A DNA stretch of 64,000 bases from the NCBI GenBank assembly GCA_002269645.1, contig NIVC01000393.1, positions 372,001 through 436,000 on the forward strand, in the 5' to 3' direction. How positions within the stretch are numbered: the stretch's first letter is position 1; each line of letters starts with the position of its first letter. Origin of the DNA: Macrostomum lignano (lineage: Eukaryota). The notes below the pieces were generated by a model that ran no database searches, had not been told where the DNA came from, and saw only the letters and a list, made by a program, of their open reading frames with translations. This document shows positions 50,564 through 62,015 of this stretch, one piece after another. A program made the position numbers and the translations under genes.

Positions 50564-53500
50564 TCATTCATTTTCGGTCACCAAAAAGCGTGACGCGAAG
50601 TCCTCCTCCTTACACTTCCCAGCTGTCAGGAACTCGTGCTCCAGCAGCTGCTGTGCCGAGTTTCTCTCCTTGCGCTCCTTGGCGGTGCAGCGGCTGTAGA
50701 AATCCCTCAGCTCTGCAGACCGGCCGTCCGGGAGGGCGGGGGCGCCGCTCCTGCCGATCAGCTGGGCCATTTCTAAGAAGTTTCTGGCGTTTGCAAACGG
50801 CCTTTCGCCAGAGGCCATCTGGAAGACTGAGCAGCCGAACGCCCAGATGTCCGACTCTCTGCTGCACTGCACGCTGTCCGACTCTCCCGCTTCGAGCAGC
50901 TCTGGCGCCATGAAGTTCGGAGTGCCTTTGGGTGACTGAGTTGAGGCTAAGATGTGGCTGACTGACTGCTCCAGCTTGATTGACAGGCCGAAGTCGATCA
51001 GCTTGATTCGCGTGTTGTCAGCACAAACAATTATGTTCGAGCAGTTGATGTCTCTGTGGATCACGGGCGGCTGCCGGCTGTGCAGGTAGAGCAGCGCGCG
51101 GCAGATCTGCGAGCGGTCGGTCAGTGAGCAGTCATCATTCATGTTAACATGGAACAGGAGCATCAAGGATGCACAATGCACACCTGCTCGCTGAAGTGTC
51201 GGATCGTGAGCTCGTCCAGCGGCTTGTTGTCGATAAACCTCTCCAAGCTTCGGCCGTCCAGCAGCTCCATGAACACAACGACTGTGGCGGGCTCCGGCTG
51301 AGCGATGTGCAAGAACCTGACGATGTTGGGATGCCGGAGTAGGCACAGGTTTCTCTCGCTCTCGATAGCTCTGAGAATCTCTGTGCTCACAGAGGGCAGC
51401 TCATCACCGAGCTGCACAGGCAGTCTGAGAGTCTTGGCAGCGCACGTGACGCCCGTGTCAGTTCGAACTTCGTGGACTTCGCCGAAGCCTCCACGGCTGA
51501 TGAGGCGAACGGCTTCCCAGGACTCCAGGAACGGGGGGCCTTCGAGTCTGAGGGGATATGACCTGAGTTATGGAAGAACTTGCTTCGGAATTTCAGGAGC
51601 ATGTGTTCCAACTGAGTTTGCTCTGAAAGAACTCACGGAGGCTCATCGAAGTAGTTCTCGTCTTTGAGCCTGAAGCGTGCATGCAGAAACTCAAATTAAG
51701 ATTATAGAATTAAGTTTGCATGTTTCTAAGCAATACTCGAAATTTAAAACTACACAAAACACTTAAATTTGTAGTAGCTGCAGAGTAATTAATAAAGTAC
51801 ATGTTGTGGCGGCCAGACTACGCGACCGGCAGCACCAGTGCAGCCGCACTGGAAACCCCCCCCCACCAACCTCTGTTTAGCTGAGGTGGGGTGGTGGCGC
51901 ACCGCGCTAGCCGGCTCGCTAAGCCAGGAGGGTTGGCGTAGCCAATCACGCCACGCCACATGTGCGCACCTCCCTAGGCCCCTCAATAATCTCGCGCTTT
52001 TTGTAATATAAATATACGCGCAAAGCAGCGCAAATTCTTGGCTGCCATTCCATCTACTGAAATTAAAAGGCCTTCCGCCTCATTGGTGAGCCCGACTCCC
52101 AGCGCGGAACGCTGGGCCTACCTGGTCGGCCCTGTGCGGTCCTGGCAGCCAACCGCCTTGGCCGACTGCAACAGCAGCACAGCAGCACAGCAGCACAGCA
52201 GCACCGCAGCACAGCAGCACTGCAGCACAGCAGCACCGCAGCACCGCAGCACAGCAGCACCGCAGCCCAGCAGCACGAATCGGCCCAGTCAGCCCGCCCC
52301 CCGGTAGCTCCTGGGGTCTCGCCTTTCGGCCCCCGCGTTGGACCAACCAGCGCCACACGCTGCAGCTACTTCTAGGTTAGCACCGCTGCTGCTAGCCTAA
52401 CGTCCCCAGCCTCTGTGCAGGAGCATCGATCCGGCTCACGGCGGCAACTGACTGTCGATTGCCTCGGGTGTGGTCCGGCCGCGCGCCCCTGCTGCCTTCG
52501 GCGCCCGCCTGGCGCCCTGCTGCCTTCGGCGCCCGCCTGGCGCCCTGCTGCCTTCGGCGCCCGCCTGGCGCCCTGCTGCTGCCTTCGGCGCCCGCCTGGC
52601 GCCCTGCTGCTGCCTTCGGCGCCCTCCTGGCGCCCCACCGCCTTCGGCGCCCGCCTCGAGCCCCTGCCGCCTTCGGCGCCCGCCCGGCGACCGCTCGGCG
52701 ACCGCTCGGCGCCCGTTCGGCGACCTGCTGCCATCGGCGCTCTGCTGCCTTCGGCGCCCGCCTCGCGCCCCCGCCGCCTTCGGCGCCCGCTCCTCGGCGC
52801 TCTCGCTGCCTCGGCTACTACCCGACGTTCGTGGTCTAGCTCGGTGCTGGGGGAGCTGTGTGGCGGCCAGACTACGCGACCGGCAGCACCAGTGCAGCCG
52901 CACTGGAAACCCCCCCCCACCAACCTCTGTTTAGCTGAGGTGGGGTGGTGGCGCACCGCGCTAGCCGGCTCGCTAAGCCAGGAGGGTTGGCGTAGCCAAT
53001 CACGCCACGCCACATGTGCGCACCTCCCTAGGCCCCTCAATAATCTCGCGCTTTTTGTAATATAAATATACGCGCAAAGCAGCGCAAATTCTTGGCTGCC
53101 ATTCCATCTAGTGAAATTAAAAGGCCTTCCGCCTCAATGTATACCATATAGTGAATGCCTATCAATAATAAATATCGATCAGAGAAACATTGTCATGAAA
53201 ACTCACCCACGCAGCAGCTCAGCCAATTCGCTCTTTCCCTTCTGTGTGGCCAAATCCAGCGCAGTCATGCCATAGCAGTCTTTGAGGCTCCAATTCGAGC
53301 CTGAGTCCATCAGAACTCGACCGACTGCGGCGGCGGTGTCGGAGGGCGCCAAGAAGGCAGCCCACATGAGCGGTGTGAGCTCGGCTCGTTCCCTGGCATT
53401 GGCGGAGGCTCCGGCAGCCAGAAGAGCGGAGGCTGCGACACAATTTCCAGCCCTGACTGCATGTTGCAGGCAGCTTTCAGCCCACATATCAGCACAGGTG

Positions 53501-54997
53501 GGGTCACCCAGCTGCACCAGCTGCTCCCACAGAGCTTCATCACCGCACGAGCTTTTCATAGCTGCCCACATCAACGCGGTTTGACCCCAACTATTGGGCA
53601 AATCAGAATTGCCGCGAGTCGCCGTTCGCAGAAGCCCCGTTGAGTCACCCGCCTTCACCAACCGCTCCAGTTCCTGTCGATCCGCCTCCTCCTGCAAAGG
53701 CGAAAGAGAAATTTGAGCACAGCTGCTCAGCTGCAGCCACATCGGCACTGCAGATGCCGCTTACCTGGTCGGTAAGGCCGGAGATCCTGCCATTTGCGAC
53801 CACAACCAACCGCATCTCGCTGCAATAAAAATTATGATTATGATTTTGAAAAATAGGAGCGATTGGCGTACCAGTAGCGCAACGTCGAACTCAGCCCTGC
53901 ATGTGCATGAAGTTTTCAAATCGATTACTGCAGCTCTGCAAAAGAGACTTCTCACGCGCAGCTCATTTCCCATTTTTTGCGGCACGAGTTTCCTTCCATC
54001 TCACAATGTCTTGCAAAGCACTCACACACAGCCTCCCAGTTCTCAATCTGCAGCTCAAGCCACACGCTCTCACTGCACATCGAGGCCCCACAGCTTCCAT
54101 TATTAACTGAAATCAACCGGCACCCCATCTCGAGACAGCCAGCCAATCACAGCTCTCTTCCATCAAGCAGTCAGCCAGAGACAAGCTCAGCTGACTGGCT
54201 CTGATTGGCTGGCCTGAGACTGCATGCTCCGAATGCTCCAAAGATGGACACAGGAGCGAACGGCTCACTCACCGCTCGATGTAGCCGGCCAGCTCTGAGT
54301 GGCCGCTGAGCCTCGCCAGGTCCAACGCCGTCCGGCCTTCGAGATCCTCCATTTCTAGCAGCCGCGACCTCTTCGAGTTTCCATGCTCCTCGGACTCATT
54401 GAACCTGGGCTGCCTGAGCAGGTGCAGCAGGTGCTTGGCGCATTTCCAGCTTCCAGTCCGCGCCGCCTCCATCAGCGGAGTGGCGCCGTTGTCGTTCCGC
54501 AGCCACTTCGCATCGAACGACAGCAGCGTCAGCAGCCGCAGGTGGTCCCGCCGGGCTGCCAGGTGCGCAGCCGTGTCGCCGTTCGCGTCAGCCGCCTTGG
54601 GGTTCGCGCCCAGCTCAAATAAGTACAAGATGCACTTTTCACTTTGCACGGGAGTCTCAGAATCGTCGGCCACCAGCATGAGGACGGTCCGAAGAGCCGC
54701 ATCAGCGCTGGTGACCAGCTGGCGCGTTGCCAGCCGCCGCACGTGGCCGAAGTCACCTCGGATGACGTCGTGGGCGAGTGTCTGGAGATCGGCTGCTGAG
54801 TCTCCGACGCTTGCCCGGTTGCTGGGGACCGGCTGAGTGAGTTCCTGCAACTGCAATTGAGGCACCTGGGACCTACATCTAAGCACTGATTACTAATAGT
54901 CGATTTCTGTCGCAATTCAACTTACCGCACAGTCAGGGAACTCGGTTACTTCTTCGTCTTCCCAGGATGAGTTTGAATCGTCTGAAGAGCTGGCCAT
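50564..54997 (-). pseudogene. Ankyrin-repeat + MAP3K/STE-like kinase gene (copy 2), frameshift and stop in the linker
   Basis: Exons 54997-54926, ~54865-54273, 53819-53765, 53691-53207, 51669-51184 and 51106-50564 have compatible phases. About 7-8 ANK repeats (GDTAAHLAA, GATPLMEAA, GQTALMWAA, GMTALDLA). Kinase motifs SRGGFGEV, CAAK, HPNIVRFL, HRDINCSNI, DFG, GTPNFMAPE. Joining the two parts needs +1 nt at ~51640 and read-through of TAA at 51570-51568. Confidence 0.75.
51805..53136 (+). mobile_element. Non-autonomous LTR retroelement (TRIM-like), recent insertion
   Basis: 278-bp LTRs at 51805-52082 and 52859-53136 (TG..CA, one mismatch seen). 4-bp TSD ATGT. PBS-like TGGTGAGCCCGAC after LTR1 and purine run GGGGGAG before LTR2. 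The 776-bp interior has no gag/pol. Confidence 0.92.
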
Positions 54998-55607
54998 GGC
55001 AAATTAAGCTCTGGGTGCTTTTAGCGCAGGAGGTCAGCTCTGCTCTCTGCAACCTGGCAAGGCGGCGAGCTCCCGTGCTGCAAATTTTATACCCTTGTCT
55101 GCCTGTGGCGGATTGGCTGAACAGTTTATCTGTTTATATCTTGCTCTGTACTACTGTGAGCAGTATATACGTTGCAATGCCGCATACTGATGCAGATTTT
55201 ATTTTACTTTTAGTTGCTGTGCGGTGAAACAACAACAGCAGCTCCGCGCTTGTCTCACCTGTTTCTTTAATTAGCAACTGCCTATTTCTGCCTCTCCCAG
55301 CCTCCATTTTTTCTTCTTCTGCACTAGCTCAGAATGGGCAGCAGAAGCTCAAACTGATGCAGCAGAGATGCTGTGCTCATTCGGCAAGGAGAGGCAGGTG
55401 CACAGCTAGTGAAATTTGTGCAGGGGTTTTTTGACAGCGGGGCAGAACTGATGAGGCATCGCTGAGTGCAGCTGAGCTGCTGTGCGCGGCCACTGCATCT
55501 CCAATTATGTCTCTCCTCCCTCTGTGCGGCGCCCAGCAATGAGGAGCCTCTGCTTGCGGTGGCGGCCCGGCCTGTGAACTAGTGCGGTGCTCTGAGTCCT
55601 GTAGTAG

Positions 55608-55839
55608 CTGGGGCTGGGGCTGGGACTGGGGCTGGGGCTGGGACTGGGGCTGGGGCTGGGGCTGGGCTGGGACTGGGGCTGGGGCTGGGCTGGGACTGGG
55701 GCTGGGACTGGGACTGGGACTGGGGCTGGGGCTGGGGCTGGGGCTGGGCTGGGACTGGGGCTGGGACTGGGGCTGGGGCTGGGCTGGGACTGGGGCTGGG
55801 GCTGGGCTGGGACTGGGGCTGGGACTGGGGCTGGGACTG
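55608..55839. repeat. (GGGGCT/GGGACT)n G-rich microsatellite
   Basis: ~39 short units, each with a run of 3-4 G. Confidence 0.95.
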
Positions 55840-56234
55840 CATGGGGCTCGGAATCTATAAAAACGAAAACTCTGTGTGTGTACAATTTTGTTCGCTCCCA
55901 AAACGCTCAATTAAATTACGCCAAATTTTGCACCCACCCAACAAGTTTGCGCCGCCCTCAACGCTACCATGGTGAACTTTTACCACCGCTTTGTACCACG
56001 AGCCGCCCAGCTTCTGTGCGACATCTACCGCGCCATAGCCGGAAAGGAGAAGCTGATGAGAGGGCACTAAGCGAGCGCTGGCTGAGGCAGTCATGCTGCT
56101 ACACCCCGACCCCAACGCTCCAAACGGTGCTCACTTCATGCCGACGCTTCCCAGACGGCCGTCGGCGCCGTCTTCGAGCAGCGAGTGGGCGTGGAAACGC
56201 CTTCTTCCGCCGGCGACTGCGTCCTTCGGAGGGA

Positions 56235-57015
56235 GTACGACGTTTGCTTGCGGGAATTTTGCTTCCTAGAAATTCGCAATCACAATTGCAAGGTTTTAAC
56301 TTGCCGAATTATTTTCTTGTCTGCTTGCTTGTTTTGATTGCTTGTGAAGTTGGTCAGTAAATTATTACTTACTATACAGATACCTTTGCAAGTACGAGCT
56401 AGATTCTTATCAGGGTCGACGTAAACTGACTTGACACTAAGCTTTCAAACTAGGCTTATAGAGTTTCAATCTAAGTAGTATATAGAAATGATGTACACTG
56501 ATGTACAATGTACGTTCATTTCCAAAAAATATATTCTGTACATTTCGCTGCCTAAATCAATCGCTATGTGCATTGTTCGAATTGTGTCCAATTTTTGTTG
56601 TTTTTGTTGAAAATATATTCCCAGTAAAAAACTAATTTATTCCATTTCTGCATTAGGGCTTTTCAAATCTGCCATATCCTCATACAAAATCATAACACTA
56701 TACGCGACTTCCACGAATCTTAGAAAATAAAAATTAGAAATACAAGAGCTCAATAATAGGTTCTTTAAGGTTCCGCAAGAAAACTGTGGCTGGCAAACCT
56801 CGGCAAGCAAAATTTCTGCAAGCAAAGTTCGGCAAGCAAAGCTCGGCAAGCAGACTTCGGCAAGCAAAATTCGGCAAGCAAAGTTCGGCAAGCAAACTTC
56901 GGCCAAGGACTATACTAGACTTGACTTCGGCAAGCAGACTTCGGCAAGCAAATTTCCGCAAGCAAAAGTCCCGCAAGCAAACTTTGGCAAGCAAACTTCT
57001 CGCAAGCAAATTTCA
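56235..57015 (-). mobile_element. GCAAGCAAA-subrepeat element, copy B (CpG-retaining)
   Basis: Reverse complement is colinear with ~4015-4865, including shared unique blocks such as AAGCTTTCAAACTAGGCTTAT and TTCAAATCTGCCATATCCTCATACAAAATC. Confidence 0.75.
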
Positions 57016-57021
57016 TAGACC

Positions 57022-57275
57022 CCCTTCGGAGCAGAAGTACAGCGCTTCCGACCGCGAGCTTCTGCGTGGTACCTGGCCACGTACCGGATCATATCCATTT
57101 CCTCCTAGACTCCTTAGAGGGCCCGTCCTTTCACCGCCTTCACCCACCACAAGCCGTTAGTCACGGCCATGACCAAGCTGTCCGATCCGTAGTCGGTGTG
57201 GCAGCAGCGACATCTGGCCTACGTGTCGGAGTATACGGCCTCCGACATCCGGCACGTCGGAGGCCATAAAAACAC
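57022..57275 (+). mobile_element. Isolated Ty3/Gypsy RNase H fragment, degenerate
   Basis: EQKYSASDRELL..YLA....HKPLVTAMTKLSDP*S.WQQRHLAYVSEYT.DIRHVGG.KN, with frameshifts. Confidence 0.75.
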
Positions 57276-58431
57276 TGAAAAGCCGCTAAAATTGCCGTTC
57301 AATCCATTATTTATAGATATACTGTCCTAATTGAGTGAACCATGCTTCTAGAGCTACATTCTCATCATGAACGCCTGACCTGATGCATTAAGTCAATCGA
57401 TCGAAATTATTGTCCGGACAGGAGTTGGGGTATCAAAATTTTGCTTTTTATTAACAAAAAGAGCGTGTTTTCCGATGTAATAAAGGTTGTAGTTGATGAA
57501 ATTTGCTAAAAGATGTGTTTTCCTGTATTATCTAGATAAATAGCTTCAAAAGCTTAAAATAATAATTTGCATCTCGAAGGAAGACAAAATTTTCGCTTTT
57601 ATCGTTTAAAATTTTAAGTTTACAAGTCTCCGCCGAGTACGACTTACGAACTACGCCAACGTACTCCTTGTAGAGTTATAGACATCGAACTTTCACGAGT
57701 GGCGTGGCGTAAACAAGTCCTGAATCTGAAAATATTCCTGAAATATTTTATTTATTTCAAAGAGCATTGAGCAGTTAAATCTTAGAAAATTTGACCCATA
57801 GCTAGTGAGCGAAAGAAAAAAATTTAAGTTTTCAAACATTTAAGCCAAAAGTTTTTTGAAGCTAATTATCGTGTTAATTTGCTTTGTAGTAGCTAGCACA
57901 AAAAGCTATAAGCTAAAATTGTATCACTAATTCCCTCTTATCTCTAATATAAGATAAGATAATAATTTTTATTGAGTACACGATTTTTACACACTTTTTT
58001 GAATATCTGATATATAGCTATATGGGCATATTTAATAGCTAAAATTGCATTATTTTATTTTCTCTTACTTGTAATGGTTGAATATACTATTATTTTCTCG
58101 TTTTTTTATTTCGAAGATATTTTATTATATCTAGTGAATAAAATGCTATTTGCTAATTTAATTAAAATTCGTGTTTATATTTTCATAAAGATTTTAAAAC
58201 ATTTTAATTAGTTTGTTCTAATCTAGGGGTGCATTAAAGTTTAAGCATGGGTACATACACTGGATAGAAATAAAATATCTAGGTTTGGTAAATAATATTT
58301 GAGCAACCCGCATGAGCCATAGCATTTCAGCAATACCCACACGAGCTAGTGTTTGGCTTTCTTATATCTTTTGTCGAACTTGCTTTGCCAAATAACTTTC
58401 TTGGTAGTTTTAAAACTATTAGAATAATATA

Positions 58432-59035
58432 CTAGCCATTTAGCCCCCCGCTGGGGGGCGTTAAAAATGAATGTAATAATTTTAATAATGATGTAATGTA
58501 GCAAGCGATCCCCCGGACAGCAAGCATCCCCCAGACAGCAAGCATCCCCCAGATAGCAGGCATCCCCTAGACAGCAAGCATCCCCCAGACAGCAAGCATC
58601 CCCCAGATAGCAGGCATCCCCCAGACAGCAAGCATCCCCCAGACAGCAAGCATCCCCCAGAAAGCAAGCATCCCATAGATAGCAAGCAATCCCCCAGACA
58701 GCAAGCACTCCCCCAGATAGCAAGCATCCCCCAGACAGCAAGCATCCCCCAGACAGCAAGCATCCCCCAGACAGCAAGCACTCCCCCAGATAGCAAGCAT
58801 CCCCCAGACAGCCAGCATCCCCCAGATCTAGACAGCAAGCAATCCCCCAGATGTAGACAGCAAGCAATCCCTCAGATCTAGACAGCAAGCATCCCCCAGA
58901 CAGCAAGCATCCCCCAGACAGCAAGCATCCCCCTGACAGCAAGCATCCCCCAGACAGCAAGCATCCCTTAGACAGCAAGCATCCCCCAGACAGCAAGCAT
59001 CCCTTAGACAGCAAGCATCCCCCCAACAGCACGCA
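58432..59035 (-). mobile_element. Helitron-like 3' end followed by 18-bp satellite (CAGCAAGCATCCCCCAGA)n
   Basis: Perfect hairpin GCCCCCC-GCT-GGGGGGC (58443-58459), 7 nt from CTAG|T on the minus strand (58435-58432). Array at 58500-59030. Confidence 0.6.
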
Positions 59036-59184
59036 GCCACTGAGCATTTGTCTCTCCCTTGCGTATACTATATAGTGGCGCAATTCAGGTAATGAGATTA
59101 CATGAGCTTTCAGCCGTACTACCTGACGATCTGACAATCGTCCAGCAACCGAACACCCTCCCCGCAACAATTCAGTTATCCACC

Positions 59185-59420
59185 AAGAGCCTTGATGACA
59201 TCTCAGCAATTCACCCAGTAAGCCTTGACATCTCATAAATTCCTTTAGTAGGCCTTGACATCTCACCAATTCCTCCAGTAAGCCTTGACTTCTCAGCAAT
59301 TCCCCCAGTAAGTCTTGACATCTCAGCAATTCCCCCCAGTAAGTCTTGACATCTCAGCAATTCCCCCCAGTAAGCATTGACATCTCAGCAATTCCCCCCA
59401 GTAAGCATTGACATCTCAGA
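59185..59420. repeat. ~30-bp minisatellite (TTGACATCTCAGCAATTCCCCCAGTAAG..)
   Basis: 7-8 tandem units. Confidence 0.9.
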
Positions 59421-59424
59421 TGCT

Positions 59425-60020
59425 TCACCAGCAGTTTAGCAATGGTTCATCACCAGTTTAGCAATGGTTCACCACCAGTTTAGCAATGCTTCACCAGCAG
59501 TTTAGCAATGCTTCACCAGCAGTTTAGCAATGCTTCACCAGCAGTTTAGCAATGCTTCACCAGCAGTTTAGCAATGCTTCACCAGCAGTTTAGCAATGCT
59601 TCACCAGCAGTTTAGCAATGCTTCACCAGCAGTTTAGCAATGCTTCACCAGCAGTTTAGCAATGGTTCACCAGCAGTTTAGCAATGCTTCACCAGCAGTT
59701 TAGCAATGCTTCACCAGCAGTTTAGCAATGGTTCATCACCAGTTTAGCAATGCTTCACCAGCAGTTTAGCAATGCTTCACCACCAGTTTAGCAATGCTTC
59801 ACCAGCAGTTTAGCAATGCTTCACCAGCAGTTTAGCAATGCTTCACCAGCAGTTTAGCAATGCTTCACCAGCAGTTTAGCAATGGTTCACCACCAGTTTA
59901 GCAATGCTTCACCAGCAGTTTAGCAATGGTTCACCAGCAGTTTAGCAATGCTTCACCAGCAGTTTAGCAATGCTTCACCAGCAGTTTAGCAATGCTTCAC
60001 CAGCAGTTTAGCAATGGCTC
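59425..60020. repeat. 22-bp minisatellite (CCAGCAGTTTAGCAATGCTTCA)n, ~27 units
   Basis: Tandem units at 22-bp spacing. Confidence 0.96.
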
Positions 60021-60159
60021 ACAAGCACTGTTTTGCACAATCAGGGCCACTGATCGCCATATGCTTCTCAATAATCGAAACCATTTGAAGTGTTTGCAAC
60101 TTGCAGTTTAAATTTGATTTGCAATCCTCTTACATATTTATCACTTTATTGTATGCGTC

Positions 60160-61450
60160 AGATTAGCACTGCTCTCCCAGATTAATAATACATGTACCCT
60201 CTGCAAATTAACATTTACAGCAGATTAGCAATGCTGCTCGAACTGCCGACCTTCTACTAAAAGCCTTATACTATTCAAGAAGTTTAGTAACTTCAGCAGT
60301 TTGAAGTTAACCCTTCCCCCAGAAATTGGCAGTTATCCCCACAACAACCTGAAATTAGCTATCCCTTCTAATCCTGCAAACAAACTGCAGTCAAACTCTT
60401 AGCAGCCTGCAGATTAAACAAATATCCACTCAGTGGCCTATAATTGTCTTCTCAGCAAACTACAATAATTCACTTAGCAGTCCGCAGTAATCCCCTCAAC
60501 AATCCACTCAAAACTCTGTAGATAACTATCCACTCAATAGTTTGCAGCTATACGCTCTTAAGTCTGGAAGATCTGTATGATTCATGAACGATCTCTTTGA
60601 CAATCTGCAGTTCCCCTCAGAAGTCTGCAGTCAATCCATTTGCAGTCAGCAAGTGTTTCCTTAATAACTCTCATTTATAACCTCAGCAGTCTGCACTTAT
60701 TCTATCCGCTGGCCCCTCAGTATCCTCAGCAAACTGCAAATGATCCTTTTATCAATCTAGAAATTTGCTCAGCATTGTACGGCTCACTGATTAGCACTGC
60801 TCACCCAAATTACTAATACCCTATGCAAATTAACACTTACAGCAGATTAGCACTGCTCTAGAAGCTTAACGCAGACCGAGCAAAAGTATTTTTAAATTTA
60901 AATGTTTTTGTTACAGGTCTGCTTAGCCTATCTGCTTAGCCTATGCCTGTTATTGCTTGTCTACAGTAATTCAGTAATTCTTGAAATTAGTTATCCCTTC
61001 TAATCCCGCAAAAACAGAATGCAGTCATACTATTAACAGCCTGCATTTATCCACTTTGCCGTCTACAGCTTTCATTAACATCAGAAAACTACAATAATTC
61101 ACTCAGCAGTCTGCAGTTATCCCCTCAACAACTTGCACTTAATCATTCACAGTTATTATCCACTTACACCCTGTAGATAGTTATCCCATCGGCAGTTTGC
61201 AGCTATACACTCATAAGTCTGGAGGAACTACCTCAGCAGTTTTTCGTTTTTCAACTTTGCAGTCTAAATGAATGATCCCTTCGACAATCTGCAGTTCTCC
61301 TCAGCAACCTGCGGTCATTCCATTTGCAGTCTACAACAATTCTCATTTATCCCCTCAGCAGTCTGCAGTTTTCCTCTTTGCTGGCCCCTCAGTATCCTCA
61401 GGAAGCTGCAATGATCCATTCAATAATGTAGAAATTTACTCAGAATTGTA
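60160..61450. repeat. Diverged ~630-bp tandem duplication
   Basis: Colinear blocks recur: GATTAGCACTGCTC..GCAAATTAACA at 60160/60790, and AAATTAG.TATCCCTTCTAATCC at 60352/60984. Confidence 0.75.
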
Positions 61451-62015
61451 CGGCTCATTATATAATCAATTTTCGATAGATATTGGCAGTCTTTTGCACA
61501 TCAATGCAACGAAGATTTTGCATCGTCTGCATTTTAGCGATTAGTCCAGGCACAAGATACAGATAAATGAAAATTAATTTAATATATTTTTATCTCCCTC
61601 GTGCATACTCTGAAGCTTGCGAATATGTCTATAATAGGCCATAGACATAATATTATTTTTCGAGCTCTCACTGCGAGAAAAATACACTAATTAGATAGGG
61701 AAAATACAGTTTTTTTTATATTTAAGACCTTTAGCATTGAAGCAGATTAAAGAAATTTTAACCATACCTTGGCTGAGTTGCAATTTTTTGGCGAAAACGC
61801 GATCGAAATTGGTCAAGAATTGCAGTCTGTGGAGCGTTTTACACGGACAGACATAGATTAGAGATTTTGTATATAAGATTTTCGAGCAACTTGAGCTAAG
61901 CGTTCCTGTTTAAAATGAAAAGAATATATAAAATCCTATTACACGAACAAAACTTCGACCAGACTGAGACAATGAAAAACCTGTTATTTCAGGTGAAAAC
62001 CCATGCCTGCTCATC

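Noticed and set aside
52372-53065. Several 120-220-aa ORFs on both strands
   Set aside because: GC-rich repeats within the TRIM-like element; no gag or pol motifs in any frame.
55377-55910. Pro/Ser/Gln-rich extensin-like ORFs
   Set aside because: Translation of the G-rich microsatellite.
58346-59329. 327-aa Cys/Gly/Leu-rich ORF and overlapping ORFs
   Set aside because: Translations of 18-bp and 30-bp tandem repeats.
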